A stretch of 64,000 nucleotides of DNA, taken from NCBI GenBank assembly GCA_964016885.1, contig OZ024741.1, positions 57,846,001 through 57,910,000 of the forward strand. Direction: 5' to 3'. A program made the translations under genes and the position numbers. The notes beneath the pieces are model-generated. The model had not been told where the DNA came from. It was given only the letters and a program-made list of their open reading frames with translations, and searched no databases. Origin of the DNA: Eledone cirrhosa (Eukaryota). Of this stretch, positions 56,012-64,000 are shown piece after piece. Within the stretch, counting starts at the first letter, position 1. The number at the start of each line of letters is the position of its first letter.

Positions 56012-59000
56012 TCATCATCATCATCATCATCATCGTTTAATGTCCATCTTCCACGCTTGCATGGGTTTGGACGAGAGGTTTCCCACTTGAGGCAAGATTT
56101 GTTGTCCTGCTTGTATAGGACTGTCTGGCGGGTTTTCTACGGCTGGATGCCCTTCCTAACACCAACCACGTTTACAGTGTGGACTGGGAGGTTTTTACCG
56201 TGTTACCTACACGGCCACATTACAGCGTGGACTGTGTTTTTTTGTCGTGACACCTACACGACCTCATTTATTTAGGACTGGATGTTGTGGTACCAACATA
56301 ACTTCACATTTAAGGGGGTGGTGTTGATGGGGTGGGGGTATTGGGACGGGGGGGGTATTTTGTTTGAGGTGCCTACTGACTGTAGGTTTCGCTTTGTACT
56401 CAGGCAAGGCAGGTCTTCTGTATGACTGTGTAGCGCCAAAGATCTCGGTCCAGTGACATTGTCTTGGAGAGGTGTAAGTGTGTGAGGTCGGAATTTATCA
56501 AGTCGTCTCAGGTTTTTCTGGGTCTGCCTACTCCGTGGCTACCGTCTATGTTTATCGCCCTGCACTTTTTTATACAGCTGTCGTCTTTCATACGCATCAC
56601 GTGACCGTACCAACGTAGTCTTCTCTCGAGTAAACAACATCTATTATTCCTAATTTCTCCCTTAGTTCGTTTATGTTTTGCCGTTCACGTATATTACTAT
56701 TACACATCCAGCGGAGCATGCAAGCTTCGTTTCTCTCCAGTCTGCATATATCCTCTGCACACAATGCCCAGGTCTCACTGCCATGTAACATTGCTGTTTG
56801 TATGCAGGCATCATACAGCCAGCCTTTCATTTTTAGAGAGAACCTTTTAGTGGCCAATAGTGGTATAAGCTCTCTGAACTTTTTCCATCCCGTTCTGACT
56901 CTGGCTACTGTACTTTCAGAGCATCCTCCCCCCACTGCTGATTTTGTCACCCAGGTAACGGAAGGTGTCCACTATTTCTATAGAACCATCTGTGCAATGG
57001 AATGAGCTAGTATTCTGTGGGCACTTGCTGCTACTTATTGCACCAGAGCACCGGCCACATATAAAATCTATATTCTTAGTTAGCTTACCTGTGATCCCAC
57101 TACATCTTTTATGCACCCATACTTTGCATTTGGGACATAAAATGGAGTTTCTGCCTCCTTTCCTACACACTGAGCATGGCCATTTCCCAGATGGGACCGG
57201 TGCTCTATTTTCCTTCCTACAAACTAGAACTTTAGTCTTAGACAAGTTAACTTTAAGACCTTTTGATTCTAGGCCATACTTCCATGTTTGGAATTTCTTC
57301 TCTAGTTCAGCCATTTATTCAGCTATGAGCGTTAGATCATCTGCATATAGGAGTTCACATGGGCAGCCGGTCTTGAACTCCTCTGTTATAGCCTGAAGGG
57401 CAATAATAAATAGTAGGAGGCTAAGAACGGAGCCCTGATGAACACCAACTTTTACGCTAAACTCTTCACTATATTCGTTGTTAATTCTAACCTTGCTGAC
57501 TGTTTCTTTATACATAGCTTGTATAGCTCTCACAAGCCATTCATCAACACCTAGTTTTCTAAGCGCCCACCAGATAATGGAGCGGGGGACTCTGTCAAAG
57601 GCTTTCTCCAAGTCAACAAATCTAAGTATAAAGGTTTACTTTTAGCTAGGTACTTCTCTTGTAGTTGTCGTACAATGAAAAGAGCGTCTGTGGTACTTTT
57701 ACCTGAAACAAACCCGAACTGCATTTCATCTAGATCAATTCGTTCTCTGATTAGTTGCGCTATTACTTTTTCTGTGACCTTCATGACCTGATCGATTAAT
57801 TTAATGCCTCTATAGTTACCCCTATCAAGAGCATCTCCTTTACCCTTGTAGCAGTTAATGATGATGCTGCTATGCCAGTCCTTCGGAACCGCCCTATTTT
57901 GTATGACTTGGTTTACTATCCGGGTGACCATAGTGTGTCCCACCGTTCCAGATGCTTTCAGCATTTCAGCAACTATTTCCGAAGGCCCGGCCGCCTTACC
58001 TGTCTTCATATCTTTGATTGCCTTACTTATTATACTACCTTCAACTCGCACTGCTGGTCCCTCTATTGGATCGATGTGGGGGAGACTGTCTTTCTCCCAT
58101 TTAGTAGCCTTTCGTAGTGACACTTCCAAGCTACCTTCTTATCAGCGTCAGTGATGGACACACTTCTTAAGGACACACTTCTCCCTGACAATATCACGGT
58201 TTTCCTTGACACATTGCCTAGCAATCCTGAACACCTCACGTTTTTGGTCCTCGCGTTGTAGAACATGCTTGAACTTTCTTTCCTCTGCTTCCCTTCTTGC
58301 AAAGTACACTTGTCTCCTAGCTTCCCTCCTGGCCACTTGATAGTCTTCTCTACTTCCCCCATACCGCCATACTTTCCAAGCCTGCTTTTTGGCCTCAATT
58401 AACTCCTCCACCTTACTATTCCACCACCACGTTACTCTCCTCCTGCCTACAGGCCTGCTCCATCCACAACCTTCATCTACCGCCTTCAGCAGGTTAGCTT
58501 TCAGGAATTCCCACTGTTCCTCTATATTGTACGACTCTAATTGCTCTTCCTTACTGTCAAAAGCATCAAGTAATATGCTTTTAAATTTATTACTGGCTGT
58601 GGGGTCCTTTAGCTTCCATATTTTTCTCCTGAGGATAGTCCTCCTCTGTTGTCAAGTACGTCTTGTCGTGACTATGAGGTCGCTGACTATGAGTCTATGT
58701 TGGGAGGTGCATTCTTCATGGGGGAGGGATTTAGTGTTTACAACAGACACTCTATCACGTCTTCTGGTAAGGATATAATCTATCTGACTGGCGTGTTCCC
58801 CTGATCTATAGGTGATCAAGTGATTGTCTCGTTTTTTGAAGTTAGTATTACAGATAGTTAGGTTATTTGCGTCGGAGAATTCCAGGATTATGGAGCTTTC
58901 CTCAGTACCAAACCCATAGCCTCCATGGATTCCATCATAGCCGTCACTATGTTGTCCAACGTGACCATTCAGGTCGCCACCAACAATTACGTAGTCACTG

Positions 59001-59200
59001 TCGGTTATTTGGGAGGTAGTGAGCATCAATCTCTCATAGAATCTGTCTTTTATAGCGCCAGGCAGTCCGGTTTGGGGTGCATATGCAGATATTACTGTCA
59101 CAGTAGTTCTATTTAGGACAAGTCTTATATTAATTATTCTGTCGTTCACTCTATTTACGTCTATTATCTTATCTACCCATTTTTCTGCTAACATGATTCC
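56012..59200 (-). mobile_element. RTE LINE (subfamily C) with APE and RT remnants
   Basis: APE 58652-59194 (AYAPQ, GDLNGH, SQIDY); RT 56916-58129; (TGA)n tail at 56012. Confidence 0.95.
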
Positions 59201-59242
59201 TATATATATATATATATATATTTGTATGTATATTTGTATGTC

Positions 59243-59244
<2 letters not shown>

Positions 59245-59273
<29 letters not shown>

Positions 59274-59465
59274 CTTTTAACGTCTATCTTCCACGCTAGC
59301 ATGGGTTAGATGGGAGTTGTCCTACTTCAGGCAAGATTGGTCGGGTGACCATGTCTCGCTCATATAGGACTATCTGGCAGGTTTTCTACGGCTGGATGCC
59401 CTTCCTAACACCAATTACATTTACAGTATGGACTGGGAGGTTTTTACCATGTTACCTACATGGCA
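59245..59465 (-). mobile_element. 3' UTR/tail fragment of RTE subfamily C
   Basis: Reverse complement of about 55760-55960. Confidence 0.8.
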
Positions 59466-59499
59466 ATGTCTATGTCTATGTATATATATGTATGTGGAA

Positions 59500-60745
59500 A
59501 CTACTGTGGCATCACTTTGTTGGAAGCTGTTGGCAAGGTTCTTGCAAGACTTTTTGCTCAAACAGACTGGAGGAGGATATCTGTCCTATAGCTATCCCAG
59601 AATCACAAAGTGGTTTTAGAAGAGGAAGGGAACAGTTGACATGATTTTCTCTGTAAGACAAATACAAGAAAAATGCATTGAGCAGTGTGTCCTCCTATAT
59701 CAAGTCTTTGTCGACCTAATGAAGACCTTTGACACAGTTAACAGAGATGCACTCTGGATAATACTTGGAAAAGTGGAATGTCCACCCAAGTTTGTGAGTA
59801 TGCTAAAGCAGCTGCAAAGAAATATGAAAGCTCGGGTCACCTTCAATGACCAACTATCTGAGGAAATCCCAATTGACAACGGGGTAAAGCAAGGTGATAG
59901 TCCTGCTCCTACGCTTTTCTCCATCTACTTTGCTGCCTTGCCCACACATGCTTTCCATGATTGTGACAGAGGCATTATTTTACGGCTCAGAACCACTGGA
60001 AATGTTTTCAACTTAAGAAGGTTTAATGCCAAGACAAAAACTTTTCAAGCTTTAATCAGATACCTTCTTAGCGCCAACGACGCTGACTTCCTAGCACACA
60101 CAGAAGCTGACATGCAACACATTATGGACCTCGTGTACAGCATTTTGGCTTAGAATCAGCCTTAAAAAGACCAAAGTAATGTTCACCCCTGCTCCTGGAG
60201 AACCAATATCATGGTTGATGGAACCAGGCTGGGAGTAGTAGATAAATTTGTCCATTTGGGTAGCACACTCTCAAATGATGGCTCCTTGGATGCTGAAATA
60301 CATCTGCGCATCCAGAAGGCCTCTGTTGCCTTCAGAAAAGAGAGTTTGTTTGGGCAAATCGCAACATTACTCACAATACCAAGGTGTGTGTTTATAGAAC
60401 TTGTGTTCTGTCTGCTCTTTTATACTCCGCTGAAACCTGGATGCTATTCCACAAACACACCAAATTGCTTGAGCATTTTCAGCCGAAATGTTTAAGGTGC
60501 ATATTCAACATCAAGTGGCAAGACAGAAATCCTGACATCCATGTTCTTATCAAAGCAGAATGTCCAAGCATTGAGTCCCAAGTAACATCTTCTCAAATGT
60601 CTTGGACAGGACATGTCATCTGCATGAAAGAAAGCAGGATCCCGAAGCAACTGTTTTATGGTGAGCTCCATCTTGAGAAAAGACCTCAAGACAAACCAAA
60701 AATGAGGTTCAGGGACAGCAATCGTCTGTGAAGATGCTGCAATCC
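59500..60745 (+). mobile_element. RT fragment of a second, distinct RTE-clade LINE
   Basis: PESQSGFR, MIFSVRQIQEKC, GVKQG..APTLFS, GNVFNLRR, WTGHVICM..RIPKQLFYGEL. Confidence 0.9.
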
Positions 60746-60865
60746 TCATGTATGTATATATTATTTATAAATATATATTATGCATGCTTGTCTGCCTAAT
60801 ATGTGTATATATGTGTATGCCCACATTGTATTTTTGTATATATCTTTACACCAACATATATATAT

Positions 60866-61237
60866 ATATACGATATTAACAAATGGAAACTATATTTATA
60901 AAACCATATCGATTTTATTATACATATTTCAAGGATACCATGTTAAATTATAGTATGCTTTCATCAGACAAAATACAATATATACCAGTTTTATAAATAA
61001 ACATTGACGTACCCTTTCAAAATGCAACCGTTACTTTTGGAAGACATCAATGATGTCTGATGAAAGCATACCATAATTTAACATGGTATCCTTGAAATAT
61101 GTATAATAAAATAGATATGGTTTTATAAATATAGTTTCCATTTGTTAATATCGTATATTTACTCCAAATACTTGTCGAGTGCTTTATATCAGTTATAAAA
61201 ATATTTGCTTGTTGTATCCCAACAATTTAAATAGAAC
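60866..61237. mobile_element. PLE-like cassette with inverted arms (60866-60970 / 61054-61158), each carrying an HHR
   Basis: Minus strand 60912-60974: attttgt CTGATGA aagcatactat..atggtatcctt GAAA tatgta TA ataaaat; mirror core starts at 61057. Confidence 0.75.
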
Positions 61238-61240
61238 TTT

Positions 61241-61301
<61 letters not shown>

Positions 61302-61306
<5 letters not shown>

Positions 61307-61425
61307 AACGAGTAGGACAACGACGGCTGAGCTCAAGCCGTTTCGACGGCTAATTCTGGATTTTAGTCCAGAATTAGCCGTCGAAACGGCTTGAGCTCAG
61401 CCGTCGGGGTCCTACTCGTTCCTAT
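61302..61425. repeat. Fold-back palindrome, 59 bp arms, 6-nt loop, containing an HHR 3' half
   Basis: Two mismatches only; GAAA cggct-tgagctc-agccg TC at 61383-61405. Confidence 0.9.
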
Positions 61426-61501
61426 TCCCCACTCTACTACCCTAAGTATTGAGTACTTTGGTGCGTTATGGCCCATCTGGTTCCTTACCACATTTCCTTC
61501 G

Positions 61502-61570
<69 letters not shown>

Positions 61571-61676
61571 AAATTTCAGGTTATCAATAATGTAGTGATA
61601 ATATATCGTTACGTTAGAGATGAACAGCGTACGTGCAGGTTTGCTCAACGAGTATAAATTATATTCCGGAGAAATG

Positions 61677-62865
61677 TAGAAAGGATGAATATAAAATGAA
61701 AGTGCTTTTGTTAAAAAAGGAATTTATTAGGTATTGACATATGTTTCTGTAACAGACCGAATACCTATGTATCGCTGCTTGCGTAATCATATAATGTTAG
61801 CAAGTATTCGATAGCAAATGTATAATCAGTTGTCACTTCTTCAGAGATTTTGGATAAACTGGATAAAATCAGAAAAATTGAAGTATTTATATTAGTAAAA
61901 GAGGAAGGAACAGAGGGGATAGAATATGACAGATGGTAAAATAATTTACTGCTAAACAAGTATATAATGGGTTTTTAATGAGAATACCATGAGTAAATCT
62001 AAATAAGAATTTTGGGGGTGCCGATTTTAATCTCTACTTGACCAACTGGACAGTGGACAGGGCTGGTCATTTGGTGCAGTAGTATTAATCATAAAGTGTC
62101 AATTGGGGAAGGGGGAGATTTCGATTGCTACTAAATAACATCAATGCTAGTGGTCAGCTGGTATTTGCACTAGGGAATTGAATCAAAATCTACATTTTCA
62201 TATTATAAATACTACCAGGATTGAACGCCTGTCTCTATCCCCGTTTGATTGTCAAAATAGATATGAACATTCTTTATTAGTCTTAATTCTATCAACTCTT
62301 CTATTATTTACCTTTTAATACAAACTGCTATAGATAAAATGAGATTTCTGATTTTTTGATTCAATTCCCTAGTGCAAATACCAGCTGACCACTAGCATTG
62401 ATGTTATTTAGTAGCAATCGAAATCTCCCCCTTCCCCAATTGACACTTTATGATTAATACTACTGCACCAAATGACCAGCCCTGTCCACTGTCCAGTTGG
62501 TCAAGTAGAGATTAAAATCGGCACCCCCAAAATTCTTATTTAGATTTACTCATGGTATTCTCATTAAAAACCCATTATATACTTGTTTAGCAGTAAATTA
62601 TTTTACCATCTGTCATATTCTATCCCCTCTGTTCCTTCCTCTTTTACTAATATAAATACTTCAATTTTTCTGATTTTATCCAGTTTATCCAAAATCTCTG
62701 AAGAAGTGACAACTGATTATACATTTGCTATCGAATACTTGCTAACATTATATGATTACGCAAGCAGCGATACATAGGTATTCGGTCTGTTACAGAAACA
62801 TATGTCAATACCTAATAAATTCCTTTTTTAACAAAAGCACTTTCATTTTATATTCATCCTTTCTA
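61677..62865. repeat. Long inverted repeat, 512 bp arms (61677-62188 / 62354-62865)
   Basis: Identical mirror ORFs at 61765-61959 (-) and 62583-62777 (+); no mismatch seen by eye; each arm holds a long-stem-II HHR-like motif. Confidence 0.95.
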
Positions 62866-62880
62866 TATATATATATATGT

Positions 62881-62922
<42 letters not shown>

Positions 62923-62924
62923 AC

Positions 62925-62971
<47 letters not shown>

Positions 62972-63148
62972 CATATATGTTGAATATAATATGGGACATT
63001 ACTACAAAGTACAGCATTATTAGTTCAAATCTTACTTAATAAAAGCAACAAATACGCAGTTATTAGTATAGAACCTAACGGAAATCGAACCCTAAATCAG
63101 GATCTCCACCGTCTCTAGTACTTACCATTAGGCTACATATATATATAC

Positions 63149-63436
<288 letters not shown>

Positions 63437-64000
63437 ATAAATTATCGAGATTCGCATTTCGGCCCACGAAATAAAGAAAAACAACCTCCGAGATGTGAGG
63501 CAAGTGCTCAATGATTCAGATGAACCAGAGCTATAACAAACGTTAAAGGCCAAACACAACTGAGACGATGGTCAAACAACCATTCGCATAGTCAAAAAAA
63601 CGATCAAGTAATTCGGGTATTGAAAATTTACCCGGACCCCTGGAAGGTCGGCAAAATCCAGCATATGGGTCTCTGCGGCTCCTAAATCAAGTACCGTCCG
63701 CCTACATAAATAACGTCAGGCTTCTGGCAAGATGATTGAACAAGGGAGCCACCCTCTCAACAGGTTTTAGTTCAATGTGAATACAAGGACTGACTATTTC
63801 TGACCCCACGTGGGGATCGGCAAGGGAGGCAACCCCTATATCAGGCGAATGGATTCAGTTGTGTATATTTTTGCAAGAATGCAAAAACATCACAAATCGA
63901 ATAGAGTTCTCAACAGAAGGGTTAAAATTAACATAAGCTATTCATCAGTCAATAGAATCAACTATAAAATCAAGAAAATTAACTGGTTAATAGCTAGAAC

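Overview
Eukaryotic, very AT-rich, repeat-dominated window; the SINE families, RTE LINEs and huge (TA)n tracts suggest an octopus (coleoid cephalopod) genome (inference). There is no intact host gene. Most of the window is transposon debris: several RTE-clade LINEs, a Gypsy LTR retrotransposon (CsRN1-like) with both LTRs plus a solo LTR, a mariner remnant, CRE-clade 3' fragments, piggyBac-type MITEs, tRNA-derived SINEs and Penelope-like elements (PLEs). Two layers are invisible in the ORF track. (1) About a dozen type I hammerhead ribozyme (HHR) motifs sit in short cassettes, mostly embedded in (TA)n. They include variants with a very long stem II (about 90-115 nt) and fold-back palindromes centred on the HHR stem II. 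(2) A chain of about 12 minus-strand exon-like segments spans about 50 kb. Most of its junctions are phase-compatible, it is interrupted by stops, and it has tentative RecQ-helicase-like motifs. All protein and RNA family calls were made by eye and need database confirmation.
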